DNA of 64,000 bases from Planctomycetota bacterium (GTDB lineage: Bacteria; Planctomycetota; UBA1135; UBA2386). Below the pieces are notes generated by a model. That model made no database searches and was not told the DNA's origin. It was given only the letters and a program-made list of their open reading frames with translations. Positions 19,899-29,748 of this stretch are shown in pieces (position 1 is the stretch's first letter; every line of letters begins with the position of its first letter). The stretch is taken from assembly GCA_965228735.1 (NCBI GenBank), contig OZ245838.1, positions 3,168,001-3,232,000 of the forward strand, written 5' to 3'. A program made the position numbers and the translations under genes.

Positions 19899-20657
19899 AT
19901 GAAGTCCTCGCTCACCCTTCTCACCCTCTCTTTCTCGCTCACCATGGTCGCCTGCAGCAAAGGCGGCGGCGGCCCTTCGGCGCCAGCCAACGTGAGCGCG
20001 CTCGCCGGCACCTGGGCCGGTCAATACGTGGAGCTCGACGCCCCGCCCATCGGCTCGGGCGGCGGTGCGCGCGTCGAGCTCGTCGTCAACGACGCCGGCA
20101 ACGTGACCACGATTCGCGTGAACGGCCAGCCCAACGGCAGCGGTCGCATCACGGCGACGCCCGGCACACCCGGCATCTTCGGCTACGTGTTCAGCCTCGG
20201 AGGCGAAGGCGGCTTCTACGTCGACCCGACGGGTCGGTACGCGGCGGCCGTCGACGAGGACGGCACGATCGCGATCCTGCAACGGGATGCGGTCGGTCTG
20301 CCGGACTACGACTACGACGACATCGCCGGGTCGTGGAGCGGCGAATCGGTTTGGGTCGATCAGGGCCTCGGCTACGAGGATCGCGTGCCATCGCAGGTCT
20401 CGGTGGACGCCAACGGCCAGTTCAACGGCACCGAGAACGGCGAGGCGTTCGCCGCGCTGGACGAGCTCGACTTCTACTCCAACACCAGCGACCCGTCCCT
20501 CGCGTTCTGGTTCGCGGAGTTCTCGAGTCTGCGGACGCCGGTCGGCGTCGGGCGATTCATCCTGAGCCCCGACAAGCAGTTCCTCGCGGGCTTCGCGGGC
20601 GCGAACGGCGGTCTGTTCCCGGCCGACTTCTCCTTCCCCGTCTGGCAGCGCCAGTAG
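19899..20657 (+). CDS. Hypothetical lipoprotein (two beta-rich repeats)
   Basis: GGAG RBS; MKSSLTLLTLSFSLTMVA-C lipobox; internal repeat LAGTWAG / IAGSWSG. Confidence 0.75.
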   Translation: MKSSLTLLTLSFSLTMVACSKGGGGPSAPANVSALAGTWAGQYVELDAPPIGSGGGARVELVVNDAGNVTTIRVNGQPNGSGRITATPGTPGIFGYVFSLGGEGGFYVDPTGRYAAAVDEDGTIAILQRDAVGLPDYDYDDIAGSWSGESVWVDQGLGYEDRVPSQVSVDANGQFNGTENGEAFAALDELDFYSNTSDPSLAFWFAEFSSLRTPVGVGRFILSPDKQFLAGFAGANGGLFPADFSFPVWQRQ

Positions 20658-20701
20658 GCCGACAACCCGAGAAACCGGCAATCCCACGACGGAGAAGAGC
20701 C

Positions 20702-23233
20702 GTGCACCACCTCACCCAACGGACCGGACCGCGCCGCGCTGCAGGTCGCAGCGACCGGGCGCGGTCACTCGCGCTCGGCGTCGTCGGGCTCGCGCTCGCC
20801 CTCGCCACCGGCCTCGCGTTCGTCGGCACCGATCACGATCGCGTGTCGCCCGACGGGGCAACCCATGGAACCGCCCGCCGGCCCGAGAACCTGCCCCCGT
20901 CAGTCACGGCGGTCGCGACCGGCGCGACGGCCCCGGCCGAATCCGCGCGCCGTCGCCTCGACAACGCGTCATCGCAGTCCGCCAGCATCCCCGCGCCGGT
21001 CGTCGGCCGCCTGATCGGCCCGGATGGATCACCGCGGATCGGAACGCTGGTCCAGTGGCAATCGGACGGGGTGCGGACCGCACCCGCGGCCCGCACGACG
21101 GCCAACGGCCGATTCCGGCTGCTCGTCCAACCCCGCATGCGCGGCGCTCTCGCGCTCACGGGGGGCCACCTCGCATTCGAAGAGGCACCGGCAGCGCGCG
21201 CAGTCTCGGGCGCGGGCCTCGACGTCGGCGATCTCGTCGTCGTCGTCGCGAGTCGCATCAACGGCGCGGTCGTGGACCCCGACGGCGCGCCGATCGACGA
21301 CGCCCACGTCACGGTCCAGCGACGCGTTCGCGGCGCCGACACCCGCGCGCTCCAGACGGATTTGCGGGGCCGCTTCGAACTCACCGGCGTCGCGCCAGGC
21401 AGCTACTCGCTGCGCGCCACGTCCGAGCGCTTCGTCGCACGACGGCTCGAGTTCGAGGTGTCTTCCGACCGGCCGCTCACGGAGCTGCGCATCGAACTCG
21501 ACCGCGGCCACGCGCTGCACGGGTTCGTCGTGGACGGCGGCGGGAACGGAGTCGCGAACGCCGCAATCGCACTCGGCACGGCCGGCGCAGAACCGGCTCG
21601 CCCGCTGTCGCGTATCGGTCAGCCGACCCGGAGTCGGTCGAACGGCGCGTTCGAGCTGCGCGCGGCCGATGCCGAGGTCGCGACCGTCGCGGCGTGGAGC
21701 TCGGAGCACGGGCCGTGCATCGCCGAAGTCGACTTCGGCGCCCCGATCGAGCTCCGCCTCGAGCGCCGCGGCGCGATCGCCGGCCGACTCGTCGACGACC
21801 GCGGGCAGCCGCTCGCCGGCAGTCGGATCGTCGCGTCTCCGCACCGCTCGTCGCTCGCCGGGCCAGACGGCACCGGTCCGTTGCGCGCCGCCGCGCTGCT
21901 CGCCGCCTGGCCCACGGCCGAACGGATCGTGACAACCGACGCGCAAGGCCACTTCGCGCTCTCGCGAGTTCCCGCCGGCGACTGGCAGCTGCAGGCCAGA
22001 GGCACTTCCCATCTGCCAGTTCGGCCTCGTCCGGTTGCCGTTCGGCCCGGCGAGACGAACCGCATCACCCTGCGGGGCGACCGTGGCCGCACGCTCACGG
22101 TTCGGGTCCAGGACCCCGACGGCCGCCCCCTCGCCGGCGCGGAGGTCGCGCTCTTCCACGCGACTGACCCCGCACCGCTGCAGAAGGCCGACCACCGCGG
22201 CGCGCTCGTGACCGCGCGCGCGAGCGACAGCGGCGGGACCGCGACGTTCATCGGTCTGACCGCCGGCGACTTCGTCGTCGAGGCCCGGAGCCGCGACTAC
22301 GCCGCGTCCGCGCCCTTGAACGTTCTGCTCGGCGACGACGGAGCCGAGGTCACCGTTGCCGTCGCAGGCGGCGGGTGGATCGACATTCTCGCGCAGCAAA
22401 GCAGCGGCGAGCCCGGAGCCGCCATCGGCTGCTGCGTCGTCACCGCCACGAAACCCGCCCGCGTCGTCTGGCGCGGCCGCACCTCGGACGCGGGGACCGC
22501 CCGTTCGGCGCGGCTGACGCCAGGGGCGTACGTGGTCGCGCTCCTGCCCGATGCCCGCGGCATCGGCAAGGTCGACGCCGCAGCAGCGCTCCGTGCGGGA
22601 CAACGCGTCGCCGTGACCGCGGACTCCACCGAGCAGGTCCAGCTGCTCGCGCCGACGCTCGCAACGTTGCGTGGCACGCTGTTCGGCAACCGCGGCGTCG
22701 AAGTCGGCGCGGAGGTGCGGGTGGCGCCGCTGCTGGGCGCTGGCCAATCGCTCTTCATCGCGCGAGCCCGGCATGCCGGCCGCACGGACGGAGCAGGCAG
22801 CTACGAGATCCGCGACCTGCGGCCGGGCCGCTACCGGGTGCAGTTCGGCCGCGTCGACCAGCCATTCCGCTTCGAACAGGACCTGCACGTCGTTGCGGGC
22901 CGCAGCGACTACGTACTCGACTGCGACATGGCGACGGGCAGCGCGCGATTCGTCGTGTTCTCGGCGGCGACCGGCGAGCCGGTGCCGAATGCGCGCGTGA
23001 GCTTGCTGCGCGACGCTCCGGCCGGCGCCGTCGCGCAGGGCAGCTACCTCGGACACGCCGACCGCGAAGGCAGCGTCCGACGCGCGGGCCTCGTGCCGGG
23101 CACCTACCGCTGGACCGCGACCGCCGCCGGCTTCGGCACCGCCACCGGCACGATCGAGGTCACGACGGCCGGCCAGTCCGAGCACACGATCACCCTCCAA
23201 CCCAAGGTCGCCGGTGCGGGACGCGGTGAGTAG
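20702..23233 (+). CDS. Membrane-anchored carboxypeptidase-regulatory-like repeat protein
   Basis: GTG start after GGAGAAGAG; TM LALGVVGLALALATGLAFV; repeated GxVVDxxGxP and TDxxGxF units. Confidence 0.75.
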   Translation: MHHLTQRTGPRRAAGRSDRARSLALGVVGLALALATGLAFVGTDHDRVSPDGATHGTARRPENLPPSVTAVATGATAPAESARRRLDNASSQSASIPAPVVGRLIGPDGSPRIGTLVQWQSDGVRTAPAARTTANGRFRLLVQPRMRGALALTGGHLAFEEAPAARAVSGAGLDVGDLVVVVASRINGAVVDPDGAPIDDAHVTVQRRVRGADTRALQTDLRGRFELTGVAPGSYSLRATSERFVARRLEFEVSSDRPLTELRIELDRGHALHGFVVDGGGNGVANAAIALGTAGAEPARPLSRIGQPTRSRSNGAFELRAADAEVATVAAWSSEHGPCIAEVDFGAPIELRLERRGAIAGRLVDDRGQPLAGSRIVASPHRSSLAGPDGTGPLRAAALLAAWPTAERIVTTDAQGHFALSRVPAGDWQLQARGTSHLPVRPRPVAVRPGETNRITLRGDRGRTLTVRVQDPDGRPLAGAEVALFHATDPAPLQKADHRGALVTARASDSGGTATFIGLTAGDFVVEARSRDYAASAPLNVLLGDDGAEVTVAVAGGGWIDILAQQSSGEPGAAIGCCVVTATKPARVVWRGRTSDAGTARSARLTPGAYVVALLPDARGIGKVDAAAALRAGQRVAVTADSTEQVQLLAPTLATLRGTLFGNRGVEVGAEVRVAPLLGAGQSLFIARARHAGRTDGAGSYEIRDLRPGRYRVQFGRVDQPFRFEQDLHVVAGRSDYVLDCDMATGSARFVVFSAATGEPVPNARVSLLRDAPAGAVAQGSYLGHADREGSVRRAGLVPGTYRWTATAAGFGTATGTIEVTTAGQSEHTITLQPKVAGAGRGE

Positions 23234-23255
23234 CCCCGACCGAGAACCGGCGCGC

Positions 23256-23852
23256 TCAGGCCGTGCCGTCGAGATGGCCGAGCTGCGCCGCGAGTCGAAC
23301 GGTCGCACGACTCAGCGCCTTCTTGCTCGCCGCGACGGAGACCCCGAGTCGCTCGGCGATCTCGGCGTGGCTCAGGCCTTCGATGCGCGCGAGGAGGATG
23401 ACCGTCCGATCCGATTCGGACAGCTTCGCGAACGCACGCTCGAACCGCTCGATGCCCTCCTTGGCCGACAGCTCCTGCGACGGCGTCGTGATCGACGCGT
23501 AGAGCTGCGACAGACTCGCGTGGACTTCGCGCTCCGGGCGTCGGCGCTCGGCGCGGTGGTACTGCTCGCGGTTGCGCAGCTTGTTGTCCGCGTACGTCAG
23601 CAGCCAGTTCCGGAAGCTGTTGCCGCCACGGTGCTCGTAGCGCTCGAGGTCACCGAGCGCCTGCCGGAAGACCGTCTGCACGAGATCGGTGACCGACTCG
23701 CGCTGCGCGACGAGGTCACTCCGCTTGAGGCGGACCCACGCCAGCACGCCAGGCAGGTGCCGGCGGCACAGCTCGTCCTGCGCCTCGGGGTCACCGGCTT
23801 TGGCGTTCCGCACGAGGTCGGCGTCGCCCTCGCCTGAATCGGGGACAGTCAT
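23256..23852 (-). CDS. ECF RNA polymerase sigma factor (kinase-associated)
   Basis: LVRNAKAGDPEAQDEL, DLVQTVF, FRNWL, LSESDRTVILLARIEGLSHAEIAERLG. Start trimmed to MTVPDS. Confidence 0.9.
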   Translation of the reverse strand: MTVPDSGEGDADLVRNAKAGDPEAQDELCRRHLPGVLAWVRLKRSDLVAQRESVTDLVQTVFRQALGDLERYEHRGGNSFRNWLLTYADNKLRNREQYHRAERRRPEREVHASLSQLYASITTPSQELSAKEGIERFERAFAKLSESDRTVILLARIEGLSHAEIAERLGVSVAASKKALSRATVRLAAQLGHLDGTA

Positions 23853-24003
23853 GGCACGTTCGGCGGGAGATTCGGATTCGGACTCGAGGGTACCGCGCCG
23901 CGGCCGCAGGGGCCAGCGGGCGCCTTCCTTGGCTCCGAAGGAGCCCGACAGTACGGTCATGGCCACGGCGTTCTGGGGGTGGCTGCGAGGAATCGAGAGG
24001 ACC

Positions 24004-27000
24004 ATGGACACGACGCCTGACAGCTCGGACTCCGGCCTGCTGCCGGACGAAATCGAGGACGCGCTCGCCGACGCGCTCGAGACCGGCGCCCTGCAGGACG
24101 GCGGGTTCGTCGACGATCTGTGCGCGCGTTTCCCGGCGTGCGCGGACCGCATCCGCACGACGGTCGAGGCGCTGCTCGCGCTCGACGCACTGACGGTCGG
24201 CGACGCCATCGGCCCGTATCGCATCGAGCGCCGCCTCGGCCAGGGCGGGATGGGCACGGTGTTCCTGGCCCGGCAGGAAGAACCCGTGCAGCGGGAGGTC
24301 GCGCTCAAGGTCGTCAAGACCGGCATGAACAGCGCGGAGGTCGTCGTGCGGTTCCAGCAGGAGCGCCAGGCACTCGCGTGGATGCATCACGACGGCATCG
24401 CGAAGGTGTTCGACTGCGGTGCCACCGAGCGCGGGCAACCGTACTTCGTCATGGAGTACGTCGATGGCGTCGCGTTGACCGAGTATTGCGACACGCATCG
24501 CCTGACGATCCCACAACGCGTCGAGCTCATGGTGCAGGTCTGTGCCGCGGTCATGCACGCCCATCAGAAGGGCGTGGTGCATCGCGACCTCAAGCCATCC
24601 AATGTCCTCGTCTGCCGGGAAGACGGCAGGGCGCGCGTCAAGATCATCGACTTCGGTCTCGCCAAGGTCGTCGCCGGAACGGACCAGCGCGGCAGCATCC
24701 CCTCGTTCGGTCGCGCCGGGGTCGGAACACCGGAGTACATGGCCCCCGAGCAGGCCGATCCCGAGCTCGACGTCGACACCCGTGCGGACGTCTACTCGCT
24801 CGGAGCGGTGCTGTACGAACTCCTGACCGGGTGCCTTCCGCTTGCATCCGAACGGCTGCGCGGCAATCAGCTGCGCGACGTCGGGCGGATCCTGCAGAAC
24901 GAGGTTCCCGAACGTCCGAGCAGCCGCATCCGATCGAGCGACGGCGCGGCGACGGCGCGCAGCTCGCCGCAGAACGCGCTCGTCCGCGTGCTCCGGCGCG
25001 ACCTCGACTGGGTCGCGCTCAAGGCGCTCGAGAAGGACCGCAACCGGCGCTACCCGACGGTCAGCGCGCTTGCCGACGATCTGCGCCGCTTCCTCGCGCA
25101 CGAACCGATCGAGGCCGGGCCGCCGAGCTTCGGGTACCGGCTGCAGAAGGCCGTGCGCAAGCACCGCGGACCGGTCGTCGCCGCGACGCTCGTGCTCCTT
25201 GCCCTGATCGGCGGCGCCGTCGCGACGTTCGTGCAGTACCTGCGCGCCGAGGACGAAGCCACCCTGGCGACCGCCGCGAAGGTCGAGGCGCTCGAGGTCG
25301 CCGGCTTCCTCGAGCAGCAGTGGGAAGGACTGCAGCTCCACGAGGTCGGCGCGACGCTGCGCAGCACACTCCTCGACCAGCTCGACGCGGCGCAACGCGC
25401 CACGTTCGAGTCGGACATGCAGGGCGTGAACTTCAGCTCGCTCGGTCTGGAGATGCTCGCGACGAACCTGTTCGACCGCAGCCTCGCGACGATCGAGCGC
25501 GATTTCGCCGACCGCCCGGGGATGAAGGCGCGGCTGCTGCAGAGCGTCGCCACGACGCTGCGCGCCGTCGGCCTCGTGGATCGGGCCCTGCCCCCGCAGA
25601 CGGAGGCCCTCGCGATACGCCGCCAGACGCTTGCCGCGGACGACCCGTTGACGCTCTGGTCGGTGCACGAGATGGCCGCGCTGCTCCACACCCGCAATCG
25701 CGACGTGGTTGCCGCCGAGGGCGACGCCGAGCGGCTGTACCGCGAGGCCCTCGCCGGCCGCCGCCAGGTGCTCGGTGACGACGCGCGCGAAACCATCCAC
25801 ACGCGGAACAACCTCGGCGTGCTGCTCACCGACAAGGGCGAATGGCAGGAGGCCGAGGATCTGCTGCTCGAAGCCGAGCGCCGCGCGCGCGCGACGCTCG
25901 GTCTGGAGGACGAACTCACGCTCGCGATCCTCGGCAACATCGGCCGACTCGCGTATCGCCAGGGCGACGCCACCGCGGTCGAGGAGATCTATCGCGCGGT
26001 CCTGGACGCGACGCGCCGGTCGCTCGGCGACGACCACCACGGCATCGTGATTCCGATCATGAACCTGGGTGCGCTGCTGCAGGAAGTCGGCGAACTCGAG
26101 GAGGCCGGCCGGCTGCTGACGGAGGCGCGCGACCGTTCCAAGGAACTGCTCGGTGACGACCATCCGACGACGCTCTCCGTCGAACGCCAGTACGCGGAGT
26201 GGCTGCACAGCACGGGCCAGGTGAACGCGGCCGGCCAGCTGTTCCGGCGGGTCGCGGCGGACCTGCAACGCGTCATGCCGGCCGATCACCCCGAGATCTT
26301 CGCGGCGATCCACAGCCTCGCGCACTGGCACGAACAACAGCACGACTTCGCGACCGCGAAGCCGCTCTACGAGGAGGCGGTGCGCGGCAAGCGCGCGATC
26401 CTGGGAGACACCCACCCGGACACGCTCGACTCGGTCAACAACCTCGGCAACTGCCTGATCCAGCTCGACGAGCTCGATCAGGCCGAACCGCTGCTGCGCG
26501 AGACGTTCGAGGTCCGGCATCGGCAACTCGGGCCGGGTCACGCCTACACCCGCATCTCGGGCAACAACCTCGCGATGCTGCTGCAACGTCAGGGCAAGCT
26601 ATCGGCCGCCGAGGTACTGCTACGGCAGCTCGTCGCCGACGCCGAACGAGAGCTCGGCAAGCGCAACCCGGACGTGCTGATGTTCGCGCTCAACTTCGGC
26701 TACTGCCTCTACAAGCTCGAACGGTTCGACGACGCCGAGCCGGTCTTCCGCGACGCGCTCACCGGCTGCCGCGAGGTCTTCGGCCCCGACGACTACAACA
26801 CGGTCGACGCGACCCACCTGCTCGGAATCGTCCTCGTCGACACCGGCCGGTTCGACGCGGCCAGAGCACTCTTCGCGGGCACCGAGGCCGCAGCCCGCGC
26901 CGCGTACGTGCCCGGTCGGCCGCACCGCCTCGCGGACTACCTGGCCCACCTCGGCATCGCTCTGCACCGCCAGGACCGGCCCGACTTCGCGGGCGCGAAC

Positions 27001-27180
27001 GCCAGGCTAGAGGAGGCGCACCGGTTGTTCGTCGCCAGCCGCGGCGCCGATCACGACGACACGATCGAGGTCATCCGCGCGCTGGTCGCGGTCCACGCGT
27101 CCTGGGAGCCGAGCGATCCGAACGGCGGTCACGCGGCTGCCGCAGCCCGCTGGCGGCAGCAGTTGCCCGAGGGCCGCTGA
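24004..27180 (+). CDS. Hanks-type Ser/Thr protein kinase with TM helix and TPR repeats
   Basis: LGQGGMGTV, VALK, HRDLKPSN, DFG, GTPEYMAPE; TM helix; kinesin-light-chain-like TPRs (LGDTHPDTLDSVNNLG). Confidence 0.95.
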   Translation: MDTTPDSSDSGLLPDEIEDALADALETGALQDGGFVDDLCARFPACADRIRTTVEALLALDALTVGDAIGPYRIERRLGQGGMGTVFLARQEEPVQREVALKVVKTGMNSAEVVVRFQQERQALAWMHHDGIAKVFDCGATERGQPYFVMEYVDGVALTEYCDTHRLTIPQRVELMVQVCAAVMHAHQKGVVHRDLKPSNVLVCREDGRARVKIIDFGLAKVVAGTDQRGSIPSFGRAGVGTPEYMAPEQADPELDVDTRADVYSLGAVLYELLTGCLPLASERLRGNQLRDVGRILQNEVPERPSSRIRSSDGAATARSSPQNALVRVLRRDLDWVALKALEKDRNRRYPTVSALADDLRRFLAHEPIEAGPPSFGYRLQKAVRKHRGPVVAATLVLLALIGGAVATFVQYLRAEDEATLATAAKVEALEVAGFLEQQWEGLQLHEVGATLRSTLLDQLDAAQRATFESDMQGVNFSSLGLEMLATNLFDRSLATIERDFADRPGMKARLLQSVATTLRAVGLVDRALPPQTEALAIRRQTLAADDPLTLWSVHEMAALLHTRNRDVVAAEGDAERLYREALAGRRQVLGDDARETIHTRNNLGVLLTDKGEWQEAEDLLLEAERRARATLGLEDELTLAILGNIGRLAYRQGDATAVEEIYRAVLDATRRSLGDDHHGIVIPIMNLGALLQEVGELEEAGRLLTEARDRSKELLGDDHPTTLSVERQYAEWLHSTGQVNAAGQLFRRVAADLQRVMPADHPEIFAAIHSLAHWHEQQHDFATAKPLYEEAVRGKRAILGDTHPDTLDSVNNLGNCLIQLDELDQAEPLLRETFEVRHRQLGPGHAYTRISGNNLAMLLQRQGKLSAAEVLLRQLVADAERELGKRNPDVLMFALNFGYCLYKLERFDDAEPVFRDALTGCREVFGPDDYNTVDATHLLGIVLVDTGRFDAARALFAGTEAAARAAYVPGRPHRLADYLAHLGIALHRQDRPDFAGANARLEEAHRLFVASRGADHDDTIEVIRALVAVHASWEPSDPNGGHAAAAARWRQQLPEGR

Positions 27181-27219
27181 CGCGCCCGCGGAATCCGACG
27201 CGACGCGGTTCGCGAGCGA

Positions 27220-27663
27220 TCAGTTGCCGACGACGCCGTCGACCGCGTTCGTCAGCTCGAGCTCGTTCGTGCCGAGCGTGAACGATGCGCCCGCGACCGA
27301 CATCGGCAGGCCGATGAACGAGGTGTCGTTCGGAACGTCGAGCAGCAGCGTGCCGCTCTTGACGCGCGCCTCGGTGAAGACCGATTCGAACGGGCGCCAG
27401 AGCACCTCACCGAAGATGGTGTTGACCCGGCCCTCACAGGCCCCGATCGATCCGACGAAGAAGTCGAACGTCGCATTCGGCTGGAACGTCGTGTGATCGA
27501 TCTGGAGTTCCCACGAACACCCGAGACACGGCAGCGGATTCGCGGCCGTCGTGCCGAGCGCGACCGGGTTGGTGCCCGAGCCGTTGCAGATCGCCGAAGT
27601 GGCCTGAGCGGAGAGGCCGCCGGCGAGCAGCGCGGCGGTGAACGTGAAGGTGGTCAGTTTCAT
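27220..27663 (-). CDS. Small secreted protein consisting essentially of the shared C-terminal domain
   Basis: Signal MKLTTFTFTAALLAGGLSA-Q; ends DVPNDTSFIGLPMSVAG...LTNAVDGVVGN. Confidence 0.75.
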   Translation of the reverse strand: MKLTTFTFTAALLAGGLSAQATSAICNGSGTNPVALGTTAANPLPCLGCSWELQIDHTTFQPNATFDFFVGSIGACEGRVNTIFGEVLWRPFESVFTEARVKSGTLLLDVPNDTSFIGLPMSVAGASFTLGTNELELTNAVDGVVGN

Positions 27664-27852
27664 CGGGGGATAGGCTGGATGGAGAGTCTACCTCGATCGG
27701 CGCGCTCGGGGGACGGATGCCATTGCGCTGCTCCGTGCAGACGCCATCCGCGGAATCGGCTTCCCCGCCTGTCACCGGCCGTTCCGCGCGCCGGCGCGTG
27801 TCACCACGCCTGAATCCTGGACGCCGCGGTCCGCTCCGGAAACACTGCGCCG

Positions 27853-29739
27853 ATGAGTACCGCACCGAAGCTCGCTGGCGCGATGGCGTTCGCCGTTGCG
27901 GTGACCGCGACGGCGAACGCAGCCGCGCAGGACGCCCCGCTGACCCCGGCGGACTATGACAAGCGCGAGGTCATGATCCCGATGCGCGACGGCGTCAAGC
28001 TCTACACGGAGATCTACGAACCGCGCGCGGCCGCGACGCCGTTGCCGATCGTGTTCGTGCGCACGCCGTATCGCGTCGCGGATCCGAAGGGCGGCTTCAC
28101 GCGCTACTTCGACAGCACGTTCCGCGTGCTGCGCGAGGCCGGCTACGTGTTCGCCGTGCAGGACGCGCGCGGCCGGCACGGCTCGGAGGGCAAGTTCGAG
28201 TGGAACCGGCCGGTGCGGCATCGCGCCGATCCGGACGCGATCGACGCGAGCACCGACGCCTGGGACTCGATCGACTGGCTCGTGAAGAACGTGGACGACA
28301 ACAACGGCAGGGTCGGCATGCTCGGCGTCTCGTATCCCGGCTGGTACGTGACGATGGCGCTCGTCGACCCCCACCCGGCGCTTTCGTGCGCGAGCCCGCA
28401 GGCGTCGCCGAGCGACTACTTCATCGGCGACGACTTCTTCCACTTCGGCGCGTTCCGGCTGTCGCCGAGCGCGGAGCTGCCCTACCTGTTCGACTTCGAT
28501 CCGAAGCAGAACACGCGGTTTCCGTACGACCAGGTCGACACGTACGAGTTCTTCCTCGACCTCGGACCGCTGTCGAACATGAACGCGCGCTACCTGCACG
28601 ACGTGTCGCCGACGTGGAACCACTTCATGGCGCACAGCACCTACGACGACTACTGGCAGCAGGGCAACACGCTGCAGCACCTCGACAGCGTGACCGTGCC
28701 GACGCTCAACGTCGTCGGCTGGTGGGACGCCGAGAACCTCGGCGGCGCGCTCGACATCTACGACCGGCTGGAGCCGCTGGATCGCGACGACAAGAGCCGC
28801 CTCGTCGTCGGGCCGTGGTCGCACGGGCAGTGGGCCGCCGCCGACGCGTCGGCGCTCGGGCGCTACCGCTACGGATCCAACACGTCCGCGTACTACCAGC
28901 GCGAGATCGAGGCCCCGTGGTTCGCGTCGCACCTGCGCGGCGGCGAGTTCGAGCTGCCCGAGGCGACGATGTTCCAGACGGGCTCGAACGCGTGGCAACG
29001 GTTCGATTCCTGGCCGCCGCAGAACGTGGAGTCACGCTCGCTCTACCTGCACGCAGACGGCAGCCTGTCGTTCGAAGAGCCGACCGCGGCGAACGCGGGC
29101 TCGGTCGCGTGGACGTCCGACCCGGACAAGCCGGTCCCCTACTCCAAGCGCCCGATCATGGGGTTCTGGGGCGGGCTCTACGGCGGCAGCCGCGACCCGC
29201 GGTTCCAGCGCGCGGGCAAGCTCTGGAAGGTCGAGGACCAGCGCTTCGTCGCCGATCGCCCGGACGTCCTGACGTTCGTGAGCGCGCCGCTGACCGAGGA
29301 CCTCGCGGTGACGGGCAAGCTCGCGGCGGAGCTCTTCTGTGCGACGACCGGCACCGACGCGGATTGGGTCGTCAAGCTCATCGACGTCTACCCCGAGGAC
29401 TACGAAGAACGCGAGATGGGCGGCTTTCAGCTCATGGTCGCCGACGACGTGCTGCGCGGGAAGTTCCGCAACGGGTTCGAGAAGCCGGAGCCGATCGAAC
29501 CCGGCGCGGTCGAGCGCTACACGATCGACCTGCGCACCAGGAACCACCTGTTCCGCAAGGGTCACCGCATCATGGTGCAGCTGCAGAGCACGTGGTTCCC
29601 GCTCATCGACCGCAACCCGCAGACGTTCTGCGACATCCCGAACGCGCGGGCCGAGGACTTCCGGCGTCAGGAACACCGGGTGTTCGCGACGCCGGCGCAC
29701 GCCTCGCGCATCGAGCTGTCCGTCCTGCCGCGTCGGTAG
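27853..29739 (+). CDS. CocE/NonD family hydrolase (alpha-amino acid ester hydrolase-like)
   Basis: IPMRDGVKL, RTPY, QDARGRHGSEG, nucleophile elbow GVSYPG, GWWDAE, GPWSHG, QSTWFPLIDRNPQ. Confidence 0.92.
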   Translation: MSTAPKLAGAMAFAVAVTATANAAAQDAPLTPADYDKREVMIPMRDGVKLYTEIYEPRAAATPLPIVFVRTPYRVADPKGGFTRYFDSTFRVLREAGYVFAVQDARGRHGSEGKFEWNRPVRHRADPDAIDASTDAWDSIDWLVKNVDDNNGRVGMLGVSYPGWYVTMALVDPHPALSCASPQASPSDYFIGDDFFHFGAFRLSPSAELPYLFDFDPKQNTRFPYDQVDTYEFFLDLGPLSNMNARYLHDVSPTWNHFMAHSTYDDYWQQGNTLQHLDSVTVPTLNVVGWWDAENLGGALDIYDRLEPLDRDDKSRLVVGPWSHGQWAAADASALGRYRYGSNTSAYYQREIEAPWFASHLRGGEFELPEATMFQTGSNAWQRFDSWPPQNVESRSLYLHADGSLSFEEPTAANAGSVAWTSDPDKPVPYSKRPIMGFWGGLYGGSRDPRFQRAGKLWKVEDQRFVADRPDVLTFVSAPLTEDLAVTGKLAAELFCATTGTDADWVVKLIDVYPEDYEEREMGGFQLMVADDVLRGKFRNGFEKPEPIEPGAVERYTIDLRTRNHLFRKGHRIMVQLQSTWFPLIDRNPQTFCDIPNARAEDFRRQEHRVFATPAHASRIELSVLPRR

Positions 29740-29748
29740 TACCCCGAC

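Noticed and set aside
29000..29022. GGTTCGATTCCTGGCCGCCGCA, resembling a tRNA T-arm
   Set aside because: Lies in frame within the CocE CDS (RFDSWPP); no D-arm or anticodon arm upstream.
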